In this document: piece by piece, positions 1 to 9,330 of the stretch
How positions within the stretch are numbered: position 1 is the stretch's first letter
Layout: the number at the start of each line of letters is the position of its first letter
Origin: Candidatus Eiseniibacteriota bacterium
GTDB taxonomy: Bacteria; Eisenbacteria; RBG-16-71-46
Assembly (NCBI GenBank): GCA_044222045.1
Contig: JBGAOB010000001.1
Location: 47,364 to 111,363 of the forward strand
Direction of reading: 5' to 3'
Length of the DNA stretch: 64,000 bases
The notes under the pieces: generated by a model
Database searches by the model: none
The model's input: the letters and a program-made list of their open reading frames with translations, nothing else
What the model was told of the DNA's origin: nothing
Made by a program: the position numbers and the translations under genes

Positions 1-1
1 C

Positions 2-133
2 AAGTGCACCGTGTGCCACGTCGACAAGAAGACGCTGAACGAATACGGCAAGGCGCTGGCGAAGGCGCTGAACGGCGAGGTGATCACGCCCGCCATGTTC
101 AAGGCGTGCGAGTCGAAGCGGCCGAAGAGTTGA
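2..133 (+). CDS. c-type cytochrome, C-terminal fragment (5' end outside window)
   Basis: Frame 2 reads KCTVCHVDKKTLNEYGKALAKALNGEVITPAMFKACESKRPKS* with a CxxCH heme-binding motif; stop at 131-133. Confidence 0.5.
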   Translation, partial: KCTVCHVDKKTLNEYGKALAKALNGEVITPAMFKACESKRPKS

Positions 134-156
134 GGCCGTCCGGCACGCGAGCGAAT

Positions 157-192
157 CGCCCCGGCGGGAGGGATCCCACCGGGGCGGTGTCG
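157..192. terminator. GC-rich nested hairpin (CGCCCCGG-CGGGAGGGATCCCAC-CCGGGGCG) between convergent genes; member of a dispersed family
   Basis: Inverted repeat read directly. Near-identical copies at 1297-1332, 18171-18207, 20158-20195; remnant at 7224-7234. Confidence 0.6.
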
Positions 193-240
193 CGTGTCGT
201 GCGCACCGGATGCTTCAGCTGCGCGGTCTCCTCGCGAACA

Positions 241-879
241 CTACGGGCAGAGGCGGATGTCGCCGGAGTTCGAGCCGTTCCCGAAGTAGACGCCCAGGAA
301 GATCGAGAGGTCGTTGGGCCCGAGGTTGCCGCTGCCATCGAAGTCCGATCGGGACCGATAGACCCCACAACCGAGGTCCGCCAGGATCAGGGATAGGTCG
401 CTCGCCCCGACTCCCCCGCCATCCTGATCGAAGCAGGCGACCTGGAAGGTGCGGTGGAGGACTCCGCGGTAGTACTGCTTGACGACTCCAGGGCTCGGCG
501 AGCATCCGGTGCGCTGAGTGTGGCCGACGAGCCGGAAGTGCGCGTAGTGGTTCGCGTCGGTCATGGCCGCCACCTGGGTGCAACTCCTGTAGATCAGCCC
601 CGGGTAGTCGTGCTGGGCGCTGATGGTGATGTCGGGGCACTCGCTGAAGTCGAGCATCACTTCCCCGCTTGTCGGCAGGCAGCCCATCGGCCCGTGATCG
701 CACTCGAAGAGGTCCTTCTGCCCGACCGGGTCGACCTCACCGTGCGGGGTCTGCTGGCCCACGATGTAGATCCAGCCTTCCGGCGCCTGGATCGTCGAGT
801 GAGCCGTGCGAGGTACTCCCAGCAACGCAAGTGCGGCACACACGCCGGCACAAACCAGGCTCATGCTCCAACGTCGCAT
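241..879 (-). CDS. secreted protein with two C-terminal dockerin-like (EF-hand-type) repeats
   Basis: Internal ATG at 877-879 preceded by GGAGGTGGAG. Signal peptide MRRWSMSLVCAGVCAALALLGVPRTAHS. C-terminus has DQDGGGVGASDLSLILADLG and DFDGSGNLGPNDLSIFLGVYFG. The longer 443-aa track ORF has an Arg-rich, non-protein-like N-terminus. Confidence 0.6.
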   Translation of the reverse strand: MRRWSMSLVCAGVCAALALLGVPRTAHSTIQAPEGWIYIVGQQTPHGEVDPVGQKDLFECDHGPMGCLPTSGEVMLDFSECPDITISAQHDYPGLIYRSCTQVAAMTDANHYAHFRLVGHTQRTGCSPSPGVVKQYYRGVLHRTFQVACFDQDGGGVGASDLSLILADLGCGVYRSRSDFDGSGNLGPNDLSIFLGVYFGNGSNSGDIRLCP

Positions 880-1296
880 CTCCACCTCCTGGAACGAAGT
901 AGACAAACGCGCGAGATCAGTCGGTGACCGATCCGGACGGGCCACAACCACTTCGCGACCCCCGCGCCCGGGACCGATGGTCGGCGAGCGCACCGCACCA
1001 CCCAGGAATATTGGACGGCGCCCGTTGCACGATTCCCGTGGGTGGAGGGCGATCGGGGAGTGCCGTTCCTGACCCTCGCCGTTCGGGCAACCGAGTCCGC
1101 TCCGTGCGTGCCCCCCGGAGGGCGCCTCCGGACGATCCGGCCCCGTCGACGCAGAGAGGAAGCTCGAACATGCCGGTCCCGCCGTCGGAGCCTTCACACC
1201 CCAGTCGAATCGTTGTCGCGCGCTTCCCACGCAGGATCGGGTGACGCCCACGACGCCACTTCGTGATTCGGTGGCGACACGCCCCCGTATGCGAAC

Positions 1297-1332
1297 CGCC
1301 CCGGCGGGAGGGATCCCACCGGGGCGGTGTCG
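1297..1332. terminator. second copy of the CGCCCCGGCGGGAGGGATCCCACCGGGGCGG hairpin
   Basis: Identical 31-nt core to 157-187; sits between the minus-strand gene start at 879 and gene end at 1386. Confidence 0.6.
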
Positions 1333-1385
1333 TTCACGCTGCGAGGTCGCGCCGTCGCCACGCGCGCGCCGCGCGGATCGTCTGC

Positions 1386-1826
1386 TCAGCAGTCCTTCTG
1401 GCCGGGCTTCTGCCACTTCTTGAGCAGTCGGGTGCACCCCTCGTGGCCGTCGGACTTGTAGTAGAACTCGTGGTTGCCGATGCGACCGTCGGACTTGAGC
1501 GACACGACGGTGGCCGGCGCCGGCGGCACGCCGAGGCAGTAGCGGATCGCCCAGTGCCCCTCCCGCGGCCACGTGCGCTGGAAGCGGTACTCACCGGGCG
1601 TGCCGGTGGGCTCGAGACGGATGAGCACGCTCTGATACACACCGTCGACGACGCCTTCGGCATGCGCCCAGGGCTCGAGCACTTCGCTGCCGTCGCCGCC
1701 CACCGTGCGCGCCGTGTACGTGGTGCCGTCCGCCGCGGGACCTTCGATCCGCGCGTGGAGACCTCCGCCCACGGCATTCGAAGCGAAGCACAGCGTGAGC
1801 AGCAGGATCGACGTCGCCATTCGCAT
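1386..1826 (-). CDS. hypothetical secreted protein (146 aa)
   Basis: ATG at 1824-1826 with GGAGG 5 nt upstream. Signal peptide MRMATSILLLTLCFASNAVGG. The upstream part of the 314-aa track ORF is Arg-rich junk. Confidence 0.5.
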   Translation of the reverse strand: MRMATSILLLTLCFASNAVGGGLHARIEGPAADGTTYTARTVGGDGSEVLEPWAHAEGVVDGVYQSVLIRLEPTGTPGEYRFQRTWPREGHWAIRYCLGVPPAPATVVSLKSDGRIGNHEFYYKSDGHEGCTRLLKKWQKPGQKDC

Positions 1827-1977
1827 CGGAGCCTCCGGTGACAGGGAACTTCCGAATCCAAGGGTGAGGCGGCCAGCGGAAACTGTAGCGTGGCAGGAGC
1901 CGGCGTTGTGAGGATTCGTCGCGGCCCGAGTCACGCGGACGACAATTCGCGCCGGTCCTGCCCGGCCCGCCGCCCGC

Positions 1978-4713
1978 TCAGGGCCCCGCCGCCGCGCGCA
2001 GTCGCGCCAGCGCCTCTCGCGCCTCGCGCGTCGCCGGGTGATCCGGCCCGCGGCGCTTCTCGACCATGGCCACCTGCCGCTCGCGGTGGCGGATCGCCTC
2101 CCGGATCTCCCCGAGTCGCTCCAGGGTGAGCGAGAGGTCGCCGAGCGTCGTGGCCAGTCCGGGGCTCTCGGGACCGAACGTCTTCTCGTACACGGGAATC
2201 GTCGCGATCCGCAGCGCCTTCGCCTCGCGCAACCGGCCCTGGGCTTCGCGCAGCGTGGCGAGGTTGTTCTGCAGGTACGCACGATCGATGTGATCCGCGG
2301 GCACGCTCTTCGACGCGATCGCGATCGCACGGTCGATCGTGCGCTCGGCTTCCCCGAGCTTGCCCGACTGCGTCAGCACGAGCGCGAGGTTGTCGAGTGT
2401 CCAGGCGAGCAACGGGTGGTCGGGCGGCAGCGCCTTTTCGCGGATCGCCACGGCACGCCGCAGCGCGACCTCCGCCTCGGCCCAGCGCTTCATCTGCCGG
2501 CGCGTGAGCCCGAGGTTGTTCCACAGGTACGCGTTGTCGGGATGCTCCGGGCCGAGCACGCGCTCGCTCACCGCGAGGCCGCGGACGAACAGCGACTCGG
2601 CGCGGCCGAACCGATCCAGCCGGCGGTTCGCGTACGCCAGCTCGTTCAGGGTGGTCACGATGTCGGGGTGCTCGGGCCCGAGGATCTCCTCGCGCAGGCG
2701 CAGCACTTCCTCGAGCGTGTCGGCCGCCTCGGCGTACTTCGCGAGCGACAGCATCGACGACGCCAGGTTGCTCATCGCCCGCAGTGTTTCGGGCGCTCGC
2801 ACCCCTTCGCGCCGCCGGCGGCTCGCGAGCACGAGGGCCTTGAGCGACTCGCTCTCGGCGAATCGCCCCTGGTCCATGCGCAGCGCCGCCCGCACGTCGG
2901 CGATCTCCATGCGCCGCGCCTCGGAAGGCGGCCTGAGCGCGTCCACGATGCGGTCCGCCTCGTCGAGCAGGCTGTCGGCCTCGCCGAACTGCCCGCGCTG
3001 ATAGCGCGCCTCGGCCATCCGCACGCGCGATTCCGCGCGCTGCTCGCTCCGCGGCCCGCTCCGCTCCGCCACGATCCGATCGGCGCGCGCGAACAACTCG
3101 TCGGCCGGGTCGTACAGCCCCAGGCCGAGGTAGCTGCGGCCCATCGCCTGCAGCAGCGACGCGCGCACTTCGGGCTCCGAGGCCAGTTCGGCGTCGATCC
3201 GCCGCGCGCCCTCGTCGAGCACGCGCCGAGCGGTCAGCGTGTCTCCGCGGGACACACTCGGATCGGGCACCCGGAACAGCTCCGCCATGAAGTCCGACAC
3301 ACGCCGGGCCTTCCTCGCCTCGAGCCGGGCCGTGTGTTCCGCGCGCACCGCGCGCGAGTACAGCACGGTCATGGTCGCGCCGAAGCCCACGATCGCCAGC
3401 AGCAGCGCGCCGGCGAGCGCCCACACCGCGCGATGGCGCCGCACGAAGCTGCGCAGCAGCGCCGCGGCGCTCGGCCGGCGCGCCCGGATGGGCACATCGT
3501 CGAGCACGCGCCGCACGTCCTCCGCGAACGCTTCCACGCTCGCGTAGCGCTCGCCGCGCTCCTTCGCGAGCGCCTTGCCGAGAACGGTGTCGAGGTCGCC
3601 GCGCAACGACGGCACGAGCGAGCTCGCCACCGTGGCCGGCTGCTCGACGATGCGCCGCAGCGTGTCGGGCACGGCGCCGGCTCGCACGTCGACCGGCAGG
3701 CGGCCGGTGAGCATCTCGAACAGCACGACCCCGAGCGAATAGACGTCGCTGCGCACGTCGATCGCATCGGCGTCCCCACGCGCCTGCTCGGGGCTCATGT
3801 ACGCCAGCGTGCCCTGGATGGCGCCGGTGTCCGAGCGCATCGAGGCCAGCGTGCTCTCCGGGTCGGTGATGCGGGCGAGACCGAAGTCGAGCACCTTGAT
3901 GCGCGTGCGACCCAGGGAGGAACGTCCTCCCGTGGTGCGTGCGCCGGAGGGCTCCTCCCCGGGTTCGGGCGCGAGCACGAGGAGGTTCGAAGGTTTGAGG
4001 TCGCGATGGAGGACGCCGCGCTGGTGCGCGTACGCGATGGCGTCGCAGACCTCCAGGAACAGCGCGAGCCGCGCGTGCTGTTCGCGCCGGTCCATCGCGG
4101 GCGGCACGCGCGGCTCGCCCTCGACTCGCGGCCGACCGCCGCGCAGGTGCGCGTCGAGCGCCGTGCCGTGCACGCGCTCCATGGCGAAGTACGGCACGCC
4201 GTCCGCGGTGGCACCCGCCTCGTGGATCGTCGCGATGCCCGCGTGCCGCAGCCGCCCGAGCGAGGCGACCTCCCGCTCGAACAGCCTCGCGCCCAGCGGG
4301 TCGTCCGTGCGCGCGAGGCGGACGAGCTTCAACGCGACACGGCGGCGCGGGTTCTCCTGCTCGGCTTCGTAGACCACGCCCATCCCACCCTCGCCGAGCC
4401 GCGCGATCACGCGGTAACGGCCGATGGTGCTGCCGACGCGAGCGTCCACCGCCGGCGCGGGCGCGGCGGCGGCTTCGAGCGCGCCCACGCCGAGCAGGGG
4501 GGCCACGAAGGCGTCCGCGCCGCCCGGCCGCACGTCGGAGCCCTTCTCGGCGGCATCGTGTGCGCGCAGCAGCTCCGTCACGTTGCGTCGCAGCGGCGCG
4601 TCATCGCCGCACGTGCCGGCGAGGAACGATTCCCGGTCCGCGGGCTGTAGTGCGGCAGCTTCCTCGAACACGCGCCGGACCTCGGGCCATCGAGCCGGCT
4701 CGATCGGCCTCAC
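1978..4713 (-). CDS. Ser/Thr protein kinase with C-terminal TPR repeats
   Basis: Kinase motifs GxGxxG, VALK, HRDLKPSNLL, DFGLA, SPEQ; one TM helix; multiple TPR-like repeats (…LNELAYANRRLDRFGRAESLF…). ATGA overlap with the upstream ECF sigma gene. Confidence 0.9.
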   Translation of the reverse strand: MRPIEPARWPEVRRVFEEAAALQPADRESFLAGTCGDDAPLRRNVTELLRAHDAAEKGSDVRPGGADAFVAPLLGVGALEAAAAPAPAVDARVGSTIGRYRVIARLGEGGMGVVYEAEQENPRRRVALKLVRLARTDDPLGARLFEREVASLGRLRHAGIATIHEAGATADGVPYFAMERVHGTALDAHLRGGRPRVEGEPRVPPAMDRREQHARLALFLEVCDAIAYAHQRGVLHRDLKPSNLLVLAPEPGEEPSGARTTGGRSSLGRTRIKVLDFGLARITDPESTLASMRSDTGAIQGTLAYMSPEQARGDADAIDVRSDVYSLGVVLFEMLTGRLPVDVRAGAVPDTLRRIVEQPATVASSLVPSLRGDLDTVLGKALAKERGERYASVEAFAEDVRRVLDDVPIRARRPSAAALLRSFVRRHRAVWALAGALLLAIVGFGATMTVLYSRAVRAEHTARLEARKARRVSDFMAELFRVPDPSVSRGDTLTARRVLDEGARRIDAELASEPEVRASLLQAMGRSYLGLGLYDPADELFARADRIVAERSGPRSEQRAESRVRMAEARYQRGQFGEADSLLDEADRIVDALRPPSEARRMEIADVRAALRMDQGRFAESESLKALVLASRRRREGVRAPETLRAMSNLASSMLSLAKYAEAADTLEEVLRLREEILGPEHPDIVTTLNELAYANRRLDRFGRAESLFVRGLAVSERVLGPEHPDNAYLWNNLGLTRRQMKRWAEAEVALRRAVAIREKALPPDHPLLAWTLDNLALVLTQSGKLGEAERTIDRAIAIASKSVPADHIDRAYLQNNLATLREAQGRLREAKALRIATIPVYEKTFGPESPGLATTLGDLSLTLERLGEIREAIRHRERQVAMVEKRRGPDHPATREAREALARLRAAAGP

Positions 4714-5282
4714 GCGGGATCGTCCATGAACAACTCGCGGTGCAGGAACGCGCGGGCCGTTGCCCAGTCGCGCTTGACCGTCGCCTCGCCGACCGCGAGC
4801 ACGCCGGCGGTCTCCTCCACCGACAGGCCGCCGAAGAAGCGCAGCTCCACGACGCGCGCGAGCCGCACGTCGAGCATCGCGAGTCGATCGAGCGCCTGGT
4901 CCAGCTCGATCAACTCGGCGGCGCGCGCCTGCACGGGCGCGTCCACGCCGTCGAGCGGCAGCACCTTCGCGCCGCCTCCACGCTTGTGGGCCATGTGCTC
5001 GCGGGCATGGTTCAGCAGGATCTGCCTCATGGCGCGGGCCGCGACGGCGAAGAAGTGCGTGCGGTCCGCGTAGGTGGCCATCGAGCTGCGCACGAGCTTG
5101 AGGTAGGCCTCGTGCACGACGGCCGTGGTGTTCAGCGTCTCCCCGGGGCGCACCCGCCGCAGCTGCGCGTGCGCGATGCGCCGGAGTTCGTCGTACACGC
5201 GGGAGAACACCAGATCGAGCGCGGACGGATCACCGGTTCGGGCGAGCCGCAGGATATCGGTGATCTCGGGCCCGGATTCCAT
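4710..5282 (-). CDS. ECF-type RNA polymerase sigma factor (kinase-associated subfamily)
   Basis: sigma-70 region 2/4 features (…VHEAYLKLV…, …RVVELRFFGGLSVEETAGVL…). Start taken at ATG 5280-5282 (MESGPEITD…); the track start at 5300 is a GTG. Confidence 0.8.
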   Translation of the reverse strand: MESGPEITDILRLARTGDPSALDLVFSRVYDELRRIAHAQLRRVRPGETLNTTAVVHEAYLKLVRSSMATYADRTHFFAVAARAMRQILLNHAREHMAHKRGGGAKVLPLDGVDAPVQARAAELIELDQALDRLAMLDVRLARVVELRFFGGLSVEETAGVLAVGEATVKRDWATARAFLHRELFMDDPA

Positions 5283-5535
5283 GGGCAGGAAAGCTAGCAC
5301 AGCGGTTCGGGACGGAGCCCCGCGGCGACGCGGGCCGCGGGGCGGACCCGGCGGGGCGCCGACGAAGGGTGCCGCTTACGCCGCCGTGCCGACGCTCCGT
5401 GATCCCCCGCGCGCCGTTTCGGGGTTCCTGCAGTCGGGGGCGCGGCGTCGGGCCTCGCGGTCACCGCCGCCCTCCGGACATCGCGCCCTCCGCTGCGGTG
5501 GGGCGCGCCGCCACCGCCGAACCCCGGGAGATCCC

Positions 5536-7173
5536 ATGCGTGCCTTCGTCCTTGCACTCGCCTTGCTCGCTGCGACCGCTCGCGAGGCGCTCGCCACCTG
5601 GCCCACCGACGTCGCCACCGACATCGTCGTGGCCACCGGGCCGCTCACGCAGTACGGGCAGGTCGGATGTTCCGATGGCGCCGGCGGCATGATCCTCGCC
5701 TGGCAGGATCGGCGGAACGGATCCGCTCCCGACGTCTACGCGCAGCGGATCGACGCCGACGGCAACGTGCGCTGGACCGCGAACGGCGTGCCGGTGTGCA
5801 CGCGCGCGGGCAACGACCTGATGATCGAGATCGTCAGCGACGGCGCCGGCGGCGCGATCGTCGGCTGGCAGAACGAGGGCAGTGCGCGCCGCGTGTTCGC
5901 CCAGCGACTCGACGCCGACGGGAACGCACTCTGGGATGCGAACGGGCGGCGCGTCGGCACGCTCGAGGCGCAGCAGGACCTGCCGCACGTCGTGTCGGAC
6001 CTCGCGGGCGGCGCGCTGGTCTTCTGGGTGGACGGCCGTGGCGCCGTGGCGACCAACCGCCCGATCTACGGCCAGCGCCTCGCCCCCGACGGCACGCGGC
6101 TGTGGGGCGACGCCGGCGACTCGCTGACGGTGCGCGGCAGCAAGAGCAACTTCGCCGCGTGCTCCGATGGCCTGGGCGGAGCATGGCTCGCGTGGTCCGA
6201 CATCACGCGCCGGCCCGCGGCCCAGCGCGTGCTGTCCAACTCCAGCACGGGGCCGCAGGTGGAACTGGTGCCCGCCGCGTTCTCGAACCAGGTCTACCTG
6301 CTGCAGGTCGCGCCGGTCGGCGGCGGGGACGCCATCGTCACGCTGGACTACAGCGTCACGCACACGCTGTGGGCGCAGCGCGTGAGCGCCGGCGGCACGC
6401 TGCCGTGGGGCGTCGATCCCGTGCTGGTGTGCGACTCCCCCACGGACCAGCTCGACGCGAAGCTCGTGCCCGACGACGCCGGTGGCGCGATCGTGGCGTG
6501 GTCGGTGCAACAACCGGGAGGCCCGGAGGGGCGCGCGCAGCGCGTCCGGTACGACGGCGTCCCACTGTGGGCGCCGAACGGAATCGTCGTGTGGTCGGCG
6601 CCGCTGACCGTGTTCCGGTTCGGCATCGCCGCCGACGGTGTGGGCGGCTGCCTGTTCTCGCGCGGCGACATCGACGGGCACCAGCGCGTGCATCGCGTGT
6701 CGGCGGTCGGCGAGCCGATGTGGGACCCCGCGGGTGTGCAGATCTCGACTCGCGGCCAGAACTCCACGGATCCCTTCGTCCTCGCCACGCCCGAAGGCGG
6801 CGCGCTCCTCGCGTGGACGGGCACACTCCAGGACATCGACCTGTTCGCCAAACGCGTGTACGCGAACGGCTCGATCAGCACCGTCGATGCGCCGGTGCCG
6901 GCTGCGGCGGGCGGCGTCACGCTGGCGCTCACCGGCGCGCATCCCGTCCGCGGAGCAGCGCGCTTCGCGTACGCGCTGGCCACGCCGGGCGAGGCGCGAG
7001 TCTCGGTGTTCGACGTGCAGGGTCGCGAACGCCTGCGCCGCACGCTCGGCCGGCGCGACGCCGGCCGTCACACGTTCACGCTGGCCGCCGCCGATTTGCC
7101 CGCGGGCGTCGCGTTCGTGCGCGTATCGACGAGCACCGGCGCGGCGACGCGACGGATCGTGCGGATCGAGTGA
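5536..7173 (+). CDS. secreted repeat protein (DG-GG/W.D.R/YAQR repeats) with T9SS type-A-like C-terminal sorting domain
   Basis: ATG at 5536 with GGGAG upstream; signal peptide MRAFVLALALLAATAREALA; ~55-aa repeats (DGAGGMILAWQDRRNG…DVYAQRIDADGN…); C-terminal domain …ARVSVFDVQGRERL…GVAFVRVSTSTGAATRRIVRIE. Confidence 0.8.
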   Translation: MRAFVLALALLAATAREALATWPTDVATDIVVATGPLTQYGQVGCSDGAGGMILAWQDRRNGSAPDVYAQRIDADGNVRWTANGVPVCTRAGNDLMIEIVSDGAGGAIVGWQNEGSARRVFAQRLDADGNALWDANGRRVGTLEAQQDLPHVVSDLAGGALVFWVDGRGAVATNRPIYGQRLAPDGTRLWGDAGDSLTVRGSKSNFAACSDGLGGAWLAWSDITRRPAAQRVLSNSSTGPQVELVPAAFSNQVYLLQVAPVGGGDAIVTLDYSVTHTLWAQRVSAGGTLPWGVDPVLVCDSPTDQLDAKLVPDDAGGAIVAWSVQQPGGPEGRAQRVRYDGVPLWAPNGIVVWSAPLTVFRFGIAADGVGGCLFSRGDIDGHQRVHRVSAVGEPMWDPAGVQISTRGQNSTDPFVLATPEGGALLAWTGTLQDIDLFAKRVYANGSISTVDAPVPAAAGGVTLALTGAHPVRGAARFAYALATPGEARVSVFDVQGRERLRRTLGRRDAGRHTFTLAAADLPAGVAFVRVSTSTGAATRRIVRIE

Positions 7174-7223
7174 GGGGGGCGCGACGGGACTTCGCGCGGA
7201 CATGCCAGCCCCCGACACCCACA

Positions 7224-7400
7224 CCGCCCCGGCGCGCTTCCGCTGATCGCGTCGGCCAGCTCCGTCGCCCCGTTCTCGCTCACGTCGAAACACCCGCCCG
7301 ACACCTGCCAGCGATCTTCCTTGCCGTCCACGTGGCGCACCTTCAGCGTCTCCTCCGCGAGGTCGCTCACCAGCCCCGCATGGTTAGCCAGTTCGCCTCT
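7224..7400 (-). pseudogene. degenerate remnant of the atpC 3' half plus truncated terminator hairpin
   Basis: Minus strand encodes …LANHAGLVSDLAEETLKVRHVDGKEDRWQVSGGCFDVSENGATELADAISG, clearly homologous to AtpC (…LANHAGLVTGLAAGTLKVRHVGGKEDRWQVAGGFFEVSDNNATVLADSVSGG). Followed by ccgccccggcg, a partial hairpin. Confidence 0.6.
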
Positions 7401-7704
7401 CACGATCATCCGGAACGCCCGCACCGAGGGGCCACCGACGCGTCCCGTTCCGCCGTGCCGGGCTCGCCCAGTCACGCGCGCCTCCACCCGGGCAGCAGGC
7501 GATGCGACCGCCGTTTCGGCGACCCTCCCGGCCATGGGGGCTGTCGTCGAAGCGTGCGAGCCCGCCAGTCGTCGGCACTCCCTGGTGGCCGTCCACCGAC
7601 TCTGGCGCCGCTTCGGCGGGTCGCGGAGGGTCGCCGGCCAGCGCGCGTGCACATTCGCCCCGCGGCATCGTTCTCCAGTCGGCCCCTGACCTGGAGAGAT
7701 CACC

Positions 7705-9330
7705 ATGCGTCGTCCTGTGCTGCTTGCCGCCCTGATCCTGCTCGCCTCCACTCCGGGCGCACACGCCCAGTGGATCACCACCCTGTCGCCCGACAACATC
7801 GTCTGTGGCGCACCCGGCGATCAGAACAGACCCGAGGCGGTGCCGGACGGGTCCGGCGGCGTGGTTTCGGTGTGGAACGACGCGCGGCGTAGCGGGCGGA
7901 CCGATCTCTTCGCACAGCGCCTCGACGTGAACGGGGTCACCCTCTGGGCGCTCGACGGCGTCGCGGTGGACACCACCGCGGGTGCCTTGGGCATCTTCCG
8001 CGCGTGTTCCGACGACTCGGGCGGAATGATCGTGGCGTGGACTCGCACTTCGGGGCCCGAGCCGAATCGCGTCCGCGTGCAGAGGGTGGACGCCAATGGT
8101 CAGATCCGTTGGGGCGCGGGCGGCCTGCGCGCGGGGCTGGCCGAGCTGGTGCAGGACATGCCGCGGCTCGTGCGTGACGGCAGCGGCGGCGCGCTCGTGT
8201 TGTGGGCGAACTGGTCGAGCGGCTTCGCTGCGAACATCGTCGCGCAGCGACTCACCTCCGCCGGCACGCGCCTGTGGTCGGGCACCGGCGTGTCACTGAC
8301 CCCCGATGGCGAAATGCGGACGATCGAGGCCGTGGAGCGGCCGGGCGGCGGCGTGTACTTCGCCTGGTGGCAGACGTTCGCCTTGCCGCAGGTGGCCGGC
8401 ATCGACGCGAGCGGCGCCGCACTCTGGCCGGGCGGCATCGCCATCACGGACGCGCCGATGAGCAACGTGCCGCCGCGGCTCGTCGGCGTGGCCGCGGGCA
8501 ATGGCGTGGTGTTCGTGTGCGGCGGCGGCAACGAGCTGTACGCACGCCGCATCGGCCCGGGCGGATCGAGCTGGCCCACGGCGCAGCGCGTGGTGAGCGG
8601 AAACTGGTACCAGTCCACGCCGGCCATCGCGAGCGACGGCGCGGGCGGGGCCATCGTTTCGTGGGTGGACTCCCGCAACTTCTTCGACGCCGAGATGTTC
8701 GCGCAGCGGCTTCGCTTCGACGGCCTTCCCCTGTGGGCCACCGACGGCGTCGGGCTGCCGCAGATGAGGGTCACGGGTGCCAGCGGACTCGTATCCGATG
8801 GCGCCGGCGGAGCGTGGATCGCGAGCGCATCGCCGGTGGGAACGTGGGTGCAGCGCCTGAGCGCATCGGGCGTGCCGTGGTTTCCCCAGGGCGGCGTCAA
8901 CCTGTCCGAGCGGTACGTCTACCCCGACGGCATGCGGCTCGTGCCCACCGTGAACAACGGCCTGATCGTGGTGGCATCCGGTGGTGAGCCTTTCGACATC
9001 TGGGCCAAGCGCATGTTCGGCAACGGCTCGCTCGGCACGGTCGGCGTGCAGGGCGGACCGGGCGTCGGTTCGTCGCTCGCACTCTCGGCGGGACCGAACC
9101 CGGCGCGCGAACGCGTCACGCTCGGATTCACGATCGCGCGCGAGGGGCACGCTCGGCTCGAGGTGTTCGGCCTCCGCGGCGAACGCATCGCCACGCTGGC
9201 GAACGGCGTGCTGTCACCGGGCCGGCACGCGCGCACGTGGGACATGGCCGGACTCGCGCCGGGCGTGTACCACGCACGACTCACGAGCGATGCGGGCACG
9301 GCCGTGGCGACGATCGCGCACGTGAAGTGA
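7705..9330 (+). CDS. secreted DG-GG repeat protein with T9SS-like C-terminal sorting domain
   Basis: Signal peptide MRRPVLLAALILLASTPGAHA; repeats (DGSGGVVSVWNDARRSGRTDLFAQRLDVNG…); C-terminal domain …RLEVFGLRGERIATL…GVYHARLTSDAGTAVATIAHVK. Confidence 0.85.
   Translation: MRRPVLLAALILLASTPGAHAQWITTLSPDNIVCGAPGDQNRPEAVPDGSGGVVSVWNDARRSGRTDLFAQRLDVNGVTLWALDGVAVDTTAGALGIFRACSDDSGGMIVAWTRTSGPEPNRVRVQRVDANGQIRWGAGGLRAGLAELVQDMPRLVRDGSGGALVLWANWSSGFAANIVAQRLTSAGTRLWSGTGVSLTPDGEMRTIEAVERPGGGVYFAWWQTFALPQVAGIDASGAALWPGGIAITDAPMSNVPPRLVGVAAGNGVVFVCGGGNELYARRIGPGGSSWPTAQRVVSGNWYQSTPAIASDGAGGAIVSWVDSRNFFDAEMFAQRLRFDGLPLWATDGVGLPQMRVTGASGLVSDGAGGAWIASASPVGTWVQRLSASGVPWFPQGGVNLSERYVYPDGMRLVPTVNNGLIVVASGGEPFDIWAKRMFGNGSLGTVGVQGGPGVGSSLALSAGPNPARERVTLGFTIAREGHARLEVFGLRGERIATLANGVLSPGRHARTWDMAGLAPGVYHARLTSDAGTAVATIAHVK

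Noticed and set aside
1931-3424. 497-aa alternative-frame minus-strand ORF inside the kinase gene
   Set aside because: Same strand, different frame from the kinase. Contains no kinase or TPR motifs and is Arg/Gly-rich.
2038-4650. 870-aa plus-strand ORF antisense to the Ser/Thr kinase
   Set aside because: Low-complexity Arg/His/Gln-rich sequence with no motifs. The opposite strand carries an unmistakable kinase.
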